From a bacterium (GTDB taxonomy: Bacteria > UBA8248): a stretch of DNA of 64,000 nucleotides. The notes under the pieces are model-generated. The model did not search any database, was not told the DNA's origin, and saw only the letters and a list, made by a program, of their open reading frames with translations. Below are positions 9,684 to 19,546 of the stretch, piece by piece. The position numbers and the translations under genes are program-made. The first letter of the stretch is position 1. The number at the start of each line of letters is the position of its first letter. Location: NCBI GenBank assembly GCA_965204535.1, contig OZ241996.1, forward strand, positions 64,001 through 128,000. Reading direction: 5' to 3'.

Positions 9684-10679
9684 ATGAAAGCGATTACCGT
9701 TCAGGGAGACGCCGGAATCGAGGGACTGGTGTACGGCGAGGTTCCCACGCCGGAGCCGGGAGAAGGCGAAGTGCGGGTGAAACTCCTGGCCTCAGGGATC
9801 AACCACATCGACGTCTACCAGTGTACCCCCGCCATGGTGAGGCATGAAAAACCCCACACCATGGGCGCGGACGGAGCAGGCGTCGTGGATAAGGCGGGGC
9901 CGGGTGCGGCCTTGAAGCCGGGTGTTGAGGTGGTCGTCGACCCCAATCTGGGCGACCCCACTCAGCCGGACTATGGCCTCGTGGGCGCGCAAAGTGCGGG
10001 CACGCACGCGGAATTCATCGTCCTGCCGGAGAAGAATTTCTTTCCCAAGCCCGAAAACTTGACGTTCGAGGAGGCGGCGGCGCTTCCCCTCGCTCTCACC
10101 ACGGCCTACCGACAGCTCATCAGCCGCGCACGACTAACAGCGGGAGAGAGCGTCCTCATCCACGGTGTGGGCGGGGGCGTCATGCTCTATTGCCTGCAAC
10201 TCGCCGCCCATGCGGGCGCTTTCAGCATCGTCACCTCATCGAGCGACGAGAAACTGGAAACCGCCAAGAGCTTCGGCGCTAACGTCTGCATCAACTACAA
10301 GACGCAAGACGTCGCCAGTGCCGTGATGGACGCCACCGCTGGCCGTGGGGCCGACGTGGTGGTCGACAACGTGGGCGCACCCACATTCGCGTTGAGTGCC
10401 AAGTGCGTCGCGCTCAACGGCCGCATCACCATCGTGGGCGGGGCGGCGCACCACGTGATACCCGAGGTGAACCTGCGCGATCTCTACTTCAAGCAGGTCG
10501 ACATCCACACCTCCACCATGGCGACACCCGAGGAATTCCATGCGGCGATGGCCCTCGCCGCAGAGGGCAAAGTGAAGGCCCACATCGACTCCACCTATCC
10601 GCTTTCGCGCTTCAGAGAAGCCATCGAGCGCGTGGCGGGGGGCCGGCAATTCGGAAAAGTGGTGATAACGAGAGATTAG
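9684..10679 (+). CDS. Medium-chain dehydrogenase/quinone oxidoreductase family
   Basis: GEVRVK, GINHID, GADGAGVV, EAAALP, HGVGGGV, FGKVVI; structural-zinc Cys lobe absent. Confidence 0.9.
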   Translation: MKAITVQGDAGIEGLVYGEVPTPEPGEGEVRVKLLASGINHIDVYQCTPAMVRHEKPHTMGADGAGVVDKAGPGAALKPGVEVVVDPNLGDPTQPDYGLVGAQSAGTHAEFIVLPEKNFFPKPENLTFEEAAALPLALTTAYRQLISRARLTAGESVLIHGVGGGVMLYCLQLAAHAGAFSIVTSSSDEKLETAKSFGANVCINYKTQDVASAVMDATAGRGADVVVDNVGAPTFALSAKCVALNGRITIVGGAAHHVIPEVNLRDLYFKQVDIHTSTMATPEEFHAAMALAAEGKVKAHIDSTYPLSRFREAIERVAGGRQFGKVVITRD

Positions 10680-10747
10680 GGACGAGGCATTTGCGCCGCA
10701 TGCTGCTTGTTCGCGCAAAGCCCTCACATTTGGGGAATCCATAAAGC

Positions 10748-11896
10748 ATGAAAAGACGCCTCGCCAAAACCGTCGCCGCGACCGCAGGCGGAGAGCGCGC
10801 CAATCACATGACGGCCAAGAAACCGCCGGGCCTGGTGCCGCTCGATTCGGGAACGCCCAACTTCCCCACGCCGGAGCACATCACGAACGCCGCCAAAGAA
10901 GCGCTCGACCAAGGCCTCACGGGCTACGCCCCCGGACAGGGAGACCCTGAGTTTTTGGATGCCGTCTGCGAGCACGTCGAGCGCGAGGCGGGCGCGAAAT
11001 ACACGCCTCATTCCGTCATCGCGACGAACGGGGCGAGTTCGGGCATCTACGCCGTCATGACGGCGTTTTTGGACCCCGGCGATGAGGCCATCCTCATGGA
11101 CCCGACGTTTTCGCTCTACGCCCACGTCGCGCTGCAACTGGGGGCCGTCCCCGTCTCCGTGCCGCACGACGCGGATTATCAAATCGACGTAGAAGCCGTG
11201 CGCCGCGCCGTCACGCCTCGAACGCGCCTCATCCTCGTCAACAACCCGAACAACCCCACGGGCGTGGTCTACCGCCGCGAGGATCTGGCGGCTCTCGCCG
11301 AACTCGCAACGGAGCACGACCTCATGCTCGTATCGGATGAGGCCTATGCGAAAATCCTGCAACCCGGCTTCGAGCACGTTCCCCTGCTCTCGTTCACCGA
11401 GCACCGCGACCACCTCATCCTGCTCGACACCTTTTCCAAGACCTATTCGATGACCGGCTGGCGGCTGGGCTTCATGGTCGTGCCCGAGGACCTGCCCCAG
11501 CCGATGTTCAGCGTTCACCGCTCCATCAACGGGCCGATCAACACCTTCGTCCAGCGCGCGGGCGCAGTGGCGCTCAGAAGCTCGCAGGAGTGCGTGGAGG
11601 AGTTCGGGCGCGAATACCACAAGCGGGGCCGCCTCATGAACGAGTTGACGCGCGACATTCCAGGTCTCGCTCCCATCGAGCCCCAAGGCGGCTTCTACCA
11701 ATACTGCCGGTATGAATACCCCATTCCTTCGAGCGAGGTGCGAAAGCGCGTCTGGGAGGCCGGGGCGGCCATTCGCAGCGGGTCGGAATTCGGCGCTTCG
11801 GGCGAGAACCACCTGCGCTTCACCTATTCGGTGGATGAGGAAGTCATCGAAAAGGGCATGAAGATTGTGCGCGAGGTGTTCCGCCACTTAGGCTGA
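10748..11896 (+). CDS. PLP-dependent aminotransferase class I/II
   Basis: GTPNFPTP, NNPNNPTG, SDEAY, FSKTYSMTGWRLG. Confidence 0.93.
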   Translation: MKRRLAKTVAATAGGERANHMTAKKPPGLVPLDSGTPNFPTPEHITNAAKEALDQGLTGYAPGQGDPEFLDAVCEHVEREAGAKYTPHSVIATNGASSGIYAVMTAFLDPGDEAILMDPTFSLYAHVALQLGAVPVSVPHDADYQIDVEAVRRAVTPRTRLILVNNPNNPTGVVYRREDLAALAELATEHDLMLVSDEAYAKILQPGFEHVPLLSFTEHRDHLILLDTFSKTYSMTGWRLGFMVVPEDLPQPMFSVHRSINGPINTFVQRAGAVALRSSQECVEEFGREYHKRGRLMNELTRDIPGLAPIEPQGGFYQYCRYEYPIPSSEVRKRVWEAGAAIRSGSEFGASGENHLRFTYSVDEEVIEKGMKIVREVFRHLG

Positions 11897-11931
11897 GACT
11901 TGCCGGTTCCACGCCTGAAAGCCGTCCTTTG

Positions 11932-12502
11932 GGGGACTGTTGAAAAAGTCTAATGAAGGAGGGTTGCAGGTTTTGCAGGGACAGGTCGCGACCTGTCCCT
12001 ACGGACGTGCGTGGTTATCCTTCGTCATTCCGGTGTCGGAGCCGACCAATGCGGGGCTGTTGAAAAACCCCTGTAGGGGCCGCATACATGCGGCCCGTTC
12101 TGTCAGTGAAAGAAAAGGGGAAAGGTTCGTCATTCCGGCAATCAATGCCGACCGGGGAGGGAGGGATTGCCCGGAATCCAGAGCCGATGAGAGAAACCGC
12201 GGTTCAGGGAATCCCGCCACCCGTATCGGTTCGCCGCATTCCAGTTTTTCTTCCATTCCCGTCCGCCTGGATTCCGGCATTCGCCGGAATGACGGCGGGG
12301 TGGTGCGATCTCGAATGATGCGGGAGGATGATTTCGCGCCCGATATGGGACGATCCCGAAATGCGCCGGAATGACGAGCGAATACCGCGCCCGTTGTATG
12401 GGCGGTTCGCGACCCCCCCTACGGTCGGTAGCACTCCGATGAAGATGGCCCTGACCGGCTACATACGTCGAATCTCGGAATCAGGGCTTTTTCGACAGCC
12501 CC
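11932..12502. repeat. Composite intergenic repeat cassette A: IS-like termini enclosing GTAG- and CGTC-type palindromes
   Basis: GGGGACTGTTGAAAAA (11932) and GGGGCTGTTGAAAAACCC (12053) face GGGCTTTTTCGACAGCCCC (12484-12502); palindromes at 11975-12002, 12073-12097, 12396-12422; CGTCATTCCGG units at 12023, 12128 and inverse at 12268-12294, 12366-12376. Confidence 0.8.
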
Positions 12503-12522
12503 TCTCCGAACGGACGGCCGCT

Positions 12523-13461
12523 TCAATAGACGGGCAGGATGTCCTTCTCGTAGGTCTCGTCCACGCCCCGGGCGGCGGCGTAGAAGATCTCCTGCAGCCT
12601 GCGCGTGATTTCGCCCGGCTTCCCGTCTCCCACCTCGATGCGGTCGAGCGAGAGCACGGGCGCGACTTCCGCGGCGGAGCCGCATATCATCGCCTCGTCC
12701 GCCACGTAGATCTCCGTGCGATCCATGGGCCGCTCTACGGGTTCGGGACCGATGTGCCTGCCGAACATCTCGATCACGCTGTCGCGCGTGATGCTCTCGA
12801 GAATCGAAGCCGTCACCGGCGGCGTGATGAGCTTTCCCTCGCGGACGATCATGATGCAGGTGCCCGTGCCCTCGGCCACCGTGCCGTTCTGGTTGAGCAG
12901 AAGCGCGTCGTCATACCCGTTGATACGCGCCTCGACGCCCGCGAGCCTGCCGTTCTGGTAATTCGCCGATGCCTTGACGCGCGGCGGTACGGTATCGTCC
13001 GAGATGCGCCGCCAACTGCTCACGCACAGGTTCACGCCCCCCTCCTGACGCTTGCGGTTGCTGTTCGGCCCTCCGCTGATGAAGACGCAGGTGTCCACCT
13101 CGTCCGCCGCATAGCCCTTCATGTCCAGGGGCCCCGAATCGTCGAAATACACGTTGAGGCGAAAGTGGAGGTCTTCTCTGAACTCGTTCGCCCGTATCCA
13201 TTCGATCACGGCGTCCTTGAATTCTTCCGCCGTATAGGGCGGCGTCATCCGCATCACCCGCATCGAATCGAACAGCCGCCTGATGTGCGGGTCCATCTTC
13301 CAGAGGAAAAGGTTGTTTCGCTCCTCGCTCCAGTAGGCGCGAATCCCCTCGTACACGCTCGAACCCCTGAGGACCGCCTGGCTGAAAACGCTTATCTTGG
13401 CGTCTTCGGGCGGAACTACCTCTCCGTTGAGCCATACCTTGGCATGATCGTAGCTGGGCAC
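12523..13461 (-). CDS. ilvE: Branched-chain amino acid aminotransferase family (fold type IV)
   Basis: VYEGIRAY, HIRRLFDS, KASANY, VAEG, ILESITR, GSAAEVAPV; GTG start after GGGAGG; may be a paralog with another substrate. Confidence 0.82.
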   Translation of the reverse strand: MPSYDHAKVWLNGEVVPPEDAKISVFSQAVLRGSSVYEGIRAYWSEERNNLFLWKMDPHIRRLFDSMRVMRMTPPYTAEEFKDAVIEWIRANEFREDLHFRLNVYFDDSGPLDMKGYAADEVDTCVFISGGPNSNRKRQEGGVNLCVSSWRRISDDTVPPRVKASANYQNGRLAGVEARINGYDDALLLNQNGTVAEGTGTCIMIVREGKLITPPVTASILESITRDSVIEMFGRHIGPEPVERPMDRTEIYVADEAMICGSAAEVAPVLSLDRIEVGDGKPGEITRRLQEIFYAAARGVDETYEKDILPVY

Positions 13462-13627
13462 AGGAACCTCCCATGTGGAAGTAAAAATGGCTACCAATGT
13501 GGGAAACACGGCATGATGAACAATTTTAGCCTTGCTTGACAAGGGGCGTCCCCGCCTTGACGCTCGGGCGCGCTTGGGCGTAGCGTTGTCCCGGACAGAT
13601 TTCAAACCTCCCCTCTTGGAGATTTTC

Positions 13628-14998
13628 ATGCAGCAGCCCACGGACACCCCGAAACTGGCGGACGCCTACGCCGAATCCCTGCCCGCCTCGCGCGCGCTAT
13701 ACGATCGGGCGCAAGAGGTTTTCCCCGACGGGGTGACGCACGACAACCGCAGGATGCAGCCGTTTCCCATTTACGTGGAACGCGCCGAGGGCGCATATAA
13801 GTGGGACGTGGACGGCAACCGCTACATCGACTACTGGATGGGCCACGGCGCTCTCCTTTTCGGGCACAACCCGCCCCACATCCGGGACGCCGTGAGCGAG
13901 GCCGTTCTCAAAGGCTCGCACTACGGCGCAAGCCACAGGCCGGAGGTGGAATGGGGTGAATGGGTGCAGCGACTCGTGCCGTGCGCCGAGCGGGTGCGAT
14001 TCACGGCTTCGGGCACCGAGGCCACGCACATGGCGCTCCGTCTCGCGCGCGCCTTTACCGGCAGAAAGCGCGTCGTCAAGTTCGCGGGCCATTTCCACGG
14101 CTGGCACGAGGGGCTTGAGATCGGCGTGCGCGCCCCCTACACGAACGAACCCGAAGCGGGCCAACTGGAAGTAGTAACCGACCTCGTGGCCGTATGTCCG
14201 CCGGGTGATCTGGAAGCCGTCCGCAGCGTACTGGCATCGGGCGATGTCGCGGCACTCATTCTGGAACCGACGGGCGGGCACTTCGGTACCATCCCGATGA
14301 AAAAGGATTTCGTGGCCGCGCTCAGGGAAGAGACCCGCAAGGCGGGCGCGCTCCTCATCTTCGACGAGGTGGTGACGGGCTTTCGCGTATCGCCGGGCGG
14401 GGCGCAGGCGCACTTCGGCGTAACGCCCGATCTCACCAGCCTCGCCAAGATACTCGCGGGCGGCCTGCCGGGGGGAGCCGTCGCAGGCCGGGCGGACGTG
14501 CTCGAATATCTCGCCACCAAGCCGGACCCCGAGATGAACAGGCACATGAAAATCGCCCACCACGGCACCTTCAACGCGAACCCCATCTCGGCATCCGCAG
14601 GCGTCGCCATGCTCTCCTCACTGGCCGATGGCCGGGCGACCGAGCAGGTGAACGCGCAGGCACAAAAGCTCAGATACGGTATGAACGAGATTCTCGCACA
14701 GGAGGCGGTGGCCTGGCGTGTGTATGGCGAATACAGCGACTGGAAGATTCTCTTCGATGCCGACGCCCCGCCACGTGACGGGGCGGATCAGGACGTGAGC
14801 GGGATCGACTGGCGGCGCCTCGATTCCAAGAACGCCCAGAAAAGCCGCGCGCTGAGACAAGCGCTCATCTTGCACGGGGTGGATTTCAACGGCGCACGCG
14901 CCCTCGTGGGAACCTGCCATACGGACGATGTGATCGAGGAAACGCGCGCCGCCTTCAAGGCGGGCGTGCAGACCATGAAGGAAGAAGGGGTCGCCTGA
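13628..14998 (+). CDS. Class III aminotransferase, glutamate-1-semialdehyde aminomutase-like
   Basis: WDVDGNRYID, SGTEAT, GHFHG, FDEVVTGFR, AKILAGGLP, GTFNANP. Confidence 0.9.
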   Translation: MQQPTDTPKLADAYAESLPASRALYDRAQEVFPDGVTHDNRRMQPFPIYVERAEGAYKWDVDGNRYIDYWMGHGALLFGHNPPHIRDAVSEAVLKGSHYGASHRPEVEWGEWVQRLVPCAERVRFTASGTEATHMALRLARAFTGRKRVVKFAGHFHGWHEGLEIGVRAPYTNEPEAGQLEVVTDLVAVCPPGDLEAVRSVLASGDVAALILEPTGGHFGTIPMKKDFVAALREETRKAGALLIFDEVVTGFRVSPGGAQAHFGVTPDLTSLAKILAGGLPGGAVAGRADVLEYLATKPDPEMNRHMKIAHHGTFNANPISASAGVAMLSSLADGRATEQVNAQAQKLRYGMNEILAQEAVAWRVYGEYSDWKILFDADAPPRDGADQDVSGIDWRRLDSKNAQKSRALRQALILHGVDFNGARALVGTCHTDDVIEETRAAFKAGVQTMKEEGVA

Positions 14999-15043
14999 CG
15001 TTTTCCAGGAAACTCCGCCAGATATCATGAAGGAGAGCCGCAC

Positions 15044-16294
15044 TTGCACAGCGCGCTGAAAGGCCTGTTGAGCCTCGAATCCGGACGCATCGTGGACGAC
15101 ATGGAACACCCCTTCACCTGCCCCGACACGGGCGGGAACCTGCAGGGCAGCTACGACATCGAGTGGATAAAGGCGAACGTGGACAGGGACGAGATCGCCC
15201 GCAGATCCCGGGGCATCTGGCGCTGGCGCGAGCTTTTGCCCGTGCGGGACGAAAAGAACGTGGTCTCACTCGTGGAAGGCGATACCCCCCTCATCCACGC
15301 CGCGAGGCTCGGGGCGTCGCTCGGCTACGAGAACCTCTACATCCTGGATGAATCCAGAAACCCCACCGGCTCGTTCAAGGACAGGGGCGGGTCGGTCACC
15401 ATCAGCAAGTGCAGGGAAGTGGGCGTGGACCGCATCGTGCTGCCCTCATCGGGCAATGCGGCGGCCTGTTTCAGCGCCTATTGCGCGCGGGGCGGCATCG
15501 AGTTCATCGGCTTCGTGCGCGACGACAGCTCCGCCGTACACTGTCTCCAGGTTGGCGCTTACGGGGCGTTTACGCTCATCATCGAGGGCGATCAGGGCAC
15601 GGGCGGGCGCTTCGCGGAAGAAGTGTCGAAAGAACTGGGCTGCCTGCACGCCACCCTGCCCCGGAATCTCTACAGGATCGAGGGGAAAAAGACGGCCGCC
15701 TACGAGATCGCCGAAAAACTCGGCTGGCGCGCGCCCGACCGCGTCGTCTGCCCCACGGCGGGCGGCACGATGGCGCTCGCGATGGACCAGGGCTTCCGCG
15801 AGTTGCTGGCTCTCGGCTGGATAGACAAGATGCCGGCCATCGACGTCGTTCAGGTAGACGGCTGCGCGCCCATCGTCAAAGCCCTTCACTCAGGCGGAAA
15901 AGTCGAACCCTGGGGCGAAGTGCGCACGAAATCGGCCGGCCTCACGAGTCCCTCGCCCGGCGCGGGCGAGCGCGTGGCCGAAGTCGTGCGTCGCTCGGAA
16001 GGCCATGGCGTGCTCGTGAACGACGCGATGAACCTGGAAGCCGAGTTTCTCATCGCCGGACGCGAGGGGCTTTTCCTGCAGCCCGCATCCGCGGCGTCCG
16101 CCGCGAGCCTGATGGAGGGCGCCGAGCGGCCCGGAAGGCCGGAAACCGACGAGGTAATCGTCTGCATCGGCACGGGCACGGGCAAGAACGCGGCGGAGGT
16201 GGCGGGCGAAGCCCTCGGCAGGCCGGGGCGCATTCCGCCGGACATCGACGCCTTCAAGCGGGCGCGCGCCACCTGGCGGGTGGACGGCGTCTGA
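15044..16294 (+). CDS. Threonine synthase-like PLP enzyme (fold type II)
   Basis: EGDTPL, NPTGSFKDRG, SSGNAA, YRIEGKKT, TGTGK. Confidence 0.85.
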   Translation: MHSALKGLLSLESGRIVDDMEHPFTCPDTGGNLQGSYDIEWIKANVDRDEIARRSRGIWRWRELLPVRDEKNVVSLVEGDTPLIHAARLGASLGYENLYILDESRNPTGSFKDRGGSVTISKCREVGVDRIVLPSSGNAAACFSAYCARGGIEFIGFVRDDSSAVHCLQVGAYGAFTLIIEGDQGTGGRFAEEVSKELGCLHATLPRNLYRIEGKKTAAYEIAEKLGWRAPDRVVCPTAGGTMALAMDQGFRELLALGWIDKMPAIDVVQVDGCAPIVKALHSGGKVEPWGEVRTKSAGLTSPSPGAGERVAEVVRRSEGHGVLVNDAMNLEAEFLIAGREGLFLQPASAASAASLMEGAERPGRPETDEVIVCIGTGTGKNAAEVAGEALGRPGRIPPDIDAFKRARATWRVDGV

Positions 16295-16463
16295 AGCATC
16301 TGAATGTATTCACGCAACTCCCGGGAATCCAGCACGCCACTCCCTGGCGCGCTTTCATCTCACAACAGCATTCTTCACACAGATAAAAACGAAAATCAAT
16401 ACTCTTTTTCTCGCTTTTTCATGATCTATTACTTCAGTATAATCCCTGTAACCGTCTATAGAT

Positions 16464-16525
16464 AAAACCATTACATGGTTTTCAAAAAACTTCTTGATTT
16501 TCGTATTATTTTCGTATACATTTTC
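16464..16525 (+). promoter_or_regulatory. Sigma70-type promoter with candidate operator upstream of the radical SAM gene
   Basis: TTGATT(16494)-17 bp-TACATT(16517); inverted repeat AAAACCA-N5-TGGTTTT (16464-16482); ATTTTC at 16497, 16508, 16520. Confidence 0.5.
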
Positions 16526-16558
16526 TCCCTCACGCCAATCCATACAGGGAGAACGACC

Positions 16559-17803
16559 ATGGTGACGGAAAAAACCCTCCACAAGCTGGCCATTCTCGGC
16601 GGACAATCCTTCGACGACAGGGAGGGCCCGCCCGGGGTGCGGAAGAAGCCCAAATACCGCCGCAAGTTCCTGGCCTCGGACACGCCGGCGATATTCCCCG
16701 TCCCCTTCAAGGGCGGGCGCATCATGCCGCTTCTCTCCACCATGATGACCAACGCATGCAGCTACGACTGCCACTATTGCCCCATGCGGGCCTCGCGCGA
16801 CATGCCACGCTACGCCTTCGGCCCCGAGGAATTGGCCGACACTTTCATGGCGTTAAAGAAAAGAAACCGCGCCGAGGGGCTTTTCCTCACCAGCGGGGTT
16901 CCGGGCAGCGGCGTAACCGGCGTGGACAGGATGATAGCGGCGGCCGAAATCCTGCGCTTCAAGCATCATTTTGGCGGCTATATTCACCTCAAAATGCTGC
17001 CGGGGGTGGAGGATTCCCAACTCAGCCGCGCCGCGCAGATAGCCACGAGGCTTTCTGTGAACCTCGAAGCCGCCACCCAGCGGGGCCTTCACGCCATGGC
17101 GCCCGAGAAAAGCCTGGAAACAGACCTGAAACCCGCCCTCGAATACGCGGGGGAGATGGCGCGCGAGTCGTATTTCGAGAGAACGGGCCTCATCGCCGAC
17201 GGCGTGACGACCCAGTTCATCGTCGGCGCAAGCGGAGAGAGCGACATGGACGTCCTCGCTGCCTCCCACGCGCTCCAGAAGAAGGGTCTTTTACGCCACA
17301 CCCATTTCAGCGCCTTCAAGCCCGTGGAGGATACGCCGATGGACGGGGTGCCATCGGTCTCCAAGACGCGCGAGCACAGGCTTTATCAGGCGGAGCACCT
17401 CCTGCGCGAATATGAGTTCGGGCTGGATGAGATCCCCGCCGCAGACGGCAACCTCGTGCTGGATGAGGACCCGAAAACGACGTGGGCGAGAAGAAACCTC
17501 TCGCAGTTCCCGGTGGAGATCATGACCGCCGACCCCAGGACGCTGATGCGCGTGCCGGGCATCGGCCCCACATGGGCGAAGCGCCTGGTGGAAGTGCGCA
17601 GAAAGGCGCACATACGCGATTTCAGGGATTTGACGCGCCTCGGCCGCATCCGCAAATCGGCGGCGGGCTGGCTCGCGCTGCGCGGAAAACGCCTGGGGCC
17701 CGAACCCGTTCTCGCCACGCAGATGAGCCTCGACCTCCGGCACAGGGGCAAACGGCGCGTCCACCCCTCGATGAGCAACTTGCCGCCGTGTTCTTTTCGC
17801 TGA
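16559..17803 (+). CDS. Putative DNA modification/repair radical SAM protein (TIGR03916-like) with C-terminal HhH
   Basis: CSYDCHYC, EGLFLTSG, GYIHLK, SVNLE, TTQFIVGA, REHRLYQA, LMRVPGIG; GGGAG RBS before ATG 16559. Confidence 0.88.
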   Translation: MVTEKTLHKLAILGGQSFDDREGPPGVRKKPKYRRKFLASDTPAIFPVPFKGGRIMPLLSTMMTNACSYDCHYCPMRASRDMPRYAFGPEELADTFMALKKRNRAEGLFLTSGVPGSGVTGVDRMIAAAEILRFKHHFGGYIHLKMLPGVEDSQLSRAAQIATRLSVNLEAATQRGLHAMAPEKSLETDLKPALEYAGEMARESYFERTGLIADGVTTQFIVGASGESDMDVLAASHALQKKGLLRHTHFSAFKPVEDTPMDGVPSVSKTREHRLYQAEHLLREYEFGLDEIPAADGNLVLDEDPKTTWARRNLSQFPVEIMTADPRTLMRVPGIGPTWAKRLVEVRRKAHIRDFRDLTRLGRIRKSAAGWLALRGKRLGPEPVLATQMSLDLRHRGKRRVHPSMSNLPPCSFR

Positions 17804-17925
17804 TGAGGCTGCCGAAACAAGCGTATGGATTGTGCGCCCCCGCTTGACGGGGAAATGCGATGGGACTACCCTTCCCGTCTCTCGCCACCGCACCTGTTGG
17901 CGCGATACGAGCGACGCCGCTTCAT

Positions 17926-18000
17926 GGCCCCTTCGTCTAGCGGTCAGGACACCGGCCTCTCACGCCGGTAACAGGGGTTCGAGTCCCCTAGGGGTCACCA
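17926..18000 (+). tRNA. tRNA-Glu(CTC)
   Basis: Acceptor stem GGCCCCT/AGGGGTC, anticodon arm CCGGC-ctCTCac-GCCGG, GGTTCGAGT T-loop, encoded CCA. Confidence 0.96.
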
Positions 18001-18038
18001 GACAGACGAAACCCGCCAGAAAGTAGGTCAACTGTCGC

Positions 18039-18683
18039 TCAACCCCAAGTGTTCACGTGCACGATCTCTTCGAGCGGGCGCCGCACGGCGGGCCGGAAAT
18101 TCGTCCCCAGCGTCCAGGCCACCGGAACGAGCGCCGCCTGCATGAAATCATCCGGCACGCCGAGAAGCTCCGCGGCTTCCGCCTCACAGCGCAGGTGCAG
18201 GGTGGTGAACACCGAACCCAGCCCGCGCGAGCGAAGCGCCAACTGAAAACTCCAGACCGCCGGGATGACGGAGCCCATGAGGCCCGCCCACATGAACCGC
18301 GGCGGGTTTTCGGGCAGGAAATTCTGGATGCACGGAATCACGTGCACCGGGGCGCGCTCGATGTTTTCCGCCAGATAGATAGCGGAATCGAACACCCGCT
18401 CGTCCTGCGCGGCGCCGCTCTCCCTTGCCTGCGCCAGACCATCCGCGAGGTATTCATCCCCTCCCTTGCGGTAGAGCCGCCCGAGTTCGCGCCTCAAACC
18501 CTCATCCGTCACCACGAGCCAGCGCCAGCCCTGGCGGTTCGAGCCCGTCGGAGCCTGCAGGCCGAGTTCCAGACAATCCATCACGACCTCACGCGGCACC
18601 TCACGGTCGAAATCGAGCCGCTTGCGCACCGAGCGCGTCGTGGAGAGGAGTTTGTCGGTCATTTCCAGATCAAAATCGGCCAT
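18039..18683 (-). CDS. Nitroreductase family protein
   Basis: TTRSVRKRL, QAPTGSNRQGWRW, LALRSRGLGS. Confidence 0.92.
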   Translation of the reverse strand: MADFDLEMTDKLLSTTRSVRKRLDFDREVPREVVMDCLELGLQAPTGSNRQGWRWLVVTDEGLRRELGRLYRKGGDEYLADGLAQARESGAAQDERVFDSAIYLAENIERAPVHVIPCIQNFLPENPPRFMWAGLMGSVIPAVWSFQLALRSRGLGSVFTTLHLRCEAEAAELLGVPDDFMQAALVPVAWTLGTNFRPAVRRPLEEIVHVNTWG

Positions 18684-18846
18684 GCGGCCCTCCTTTCAGT
18701 TTCGTGTACAAGTACATTTCACGCGAGATGTGCGCCATGTTATCAGAACGGCTTCCCGCTCGTAACGCGTCGTGCTCCCAGGTTCCCAAGGGTGAATGGT
18801 TTGCCTATAATCGCCCCAAACTCCCATCATCAAAACGAGGAAAACC

Positions 18847-19530
18847 ATGACGAACCAGGCAAGCGAGACGAGCAAAATCCGGCTGCTGAACCCCGATGAG
18901 GCGGCGGGCGATACGGCGCGTTTTTTCGAGGCGACGCGCGAGTTCCTGGGCCGCATCCCCAATTCCGCGCTCGCGCTGGCGAACACCCCCTACATCGCGC
19001 GCTTCTACCTCCCCTTCAACGCCACGCTCCAGCGCGAGGGCATGGGCGGGCTGCTGACGTGCAAGATCAAGGAGATCGTGGTCTTGAAGACGAGCTTCGT
19101 CAACGCTTGCGCCTACTGAATCGCGCACAATACGGCGCTTGGTCAAGCGACGGGAATCACGGATGAGCAGATTGAGGCCATCGCCTCGGACGACTACATG
19201 ACCTCACCGCTTTTGAGTCCCCGCGAGCGCGCCGCCTGCCTGTGGGCGGAGCATTTCACGAGAAACACCGCGCGCGAGAACCCCGAAGTGCTCGAAGAGG
19301 TCAAGCGGCATTTCACCGACGGGGAGATCGTCGAGATGTCCCTCATGAGCGGCAAGCAGGGCATGATGAACCGCTTCATGGACTCGTTCGCCATCCCGAT
19401 AGAGAACGAGGGCGAGGTGAACAAGATCAAAAAATCCGTGCGCGGGAATCCCGAGAAGATGAAGGCCTATCTCCAATCGCTCATCGACAACTGGCCCGAG
19501 GAGTTCCCCGAACCCAACCCGGATAACTAG
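18847..19530 (+). CDS. AhpD/carboxymuconolactone decarboxylase family selenoprotein (227 aa, UGA=Sec at codon 91)
   Basis: ORFs 18847-19119 and 19198-19530 are in the same frame, separated only by TGA 19117-19119; readthrough gives NACAY-U-IAH, the AhpD CxxCxxH motif. Confidence 0.85.
19133..19152 (+). promoter_or_regulatory. Candidate bacterial SECIS element
   Basis: Stem CGCTT/AAGCG with GGTC apical loop starting 22 nt after the UGA, similar in position and loop to the E. coli fdhF SECIS. Confidence 0.7.
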
Positions 19531-19546
19531 GGGTGCTTCCGAGAGG

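Noticed and set aside
11940-12434. Short ORFs inside cassette A (and similarly at 22093-22775 and 24462-25043)
   Set aside because: Translations of palindromic repeats (e.g. WIPAFAGMT, PPLRGSR) with no recognisable domain
13628-14998. Assignment as hemL
   Set aside because: Family motifs present but no heme gene context and a divergent substrate region; left as class III aminotransferase
18847-19530. Two small genes or a nonsense pseudogene
   Set aside because: The stop falls exactly on the catalytic Cys position and is followed by a SECIS-like hairpin; Sec readthrough explains it better
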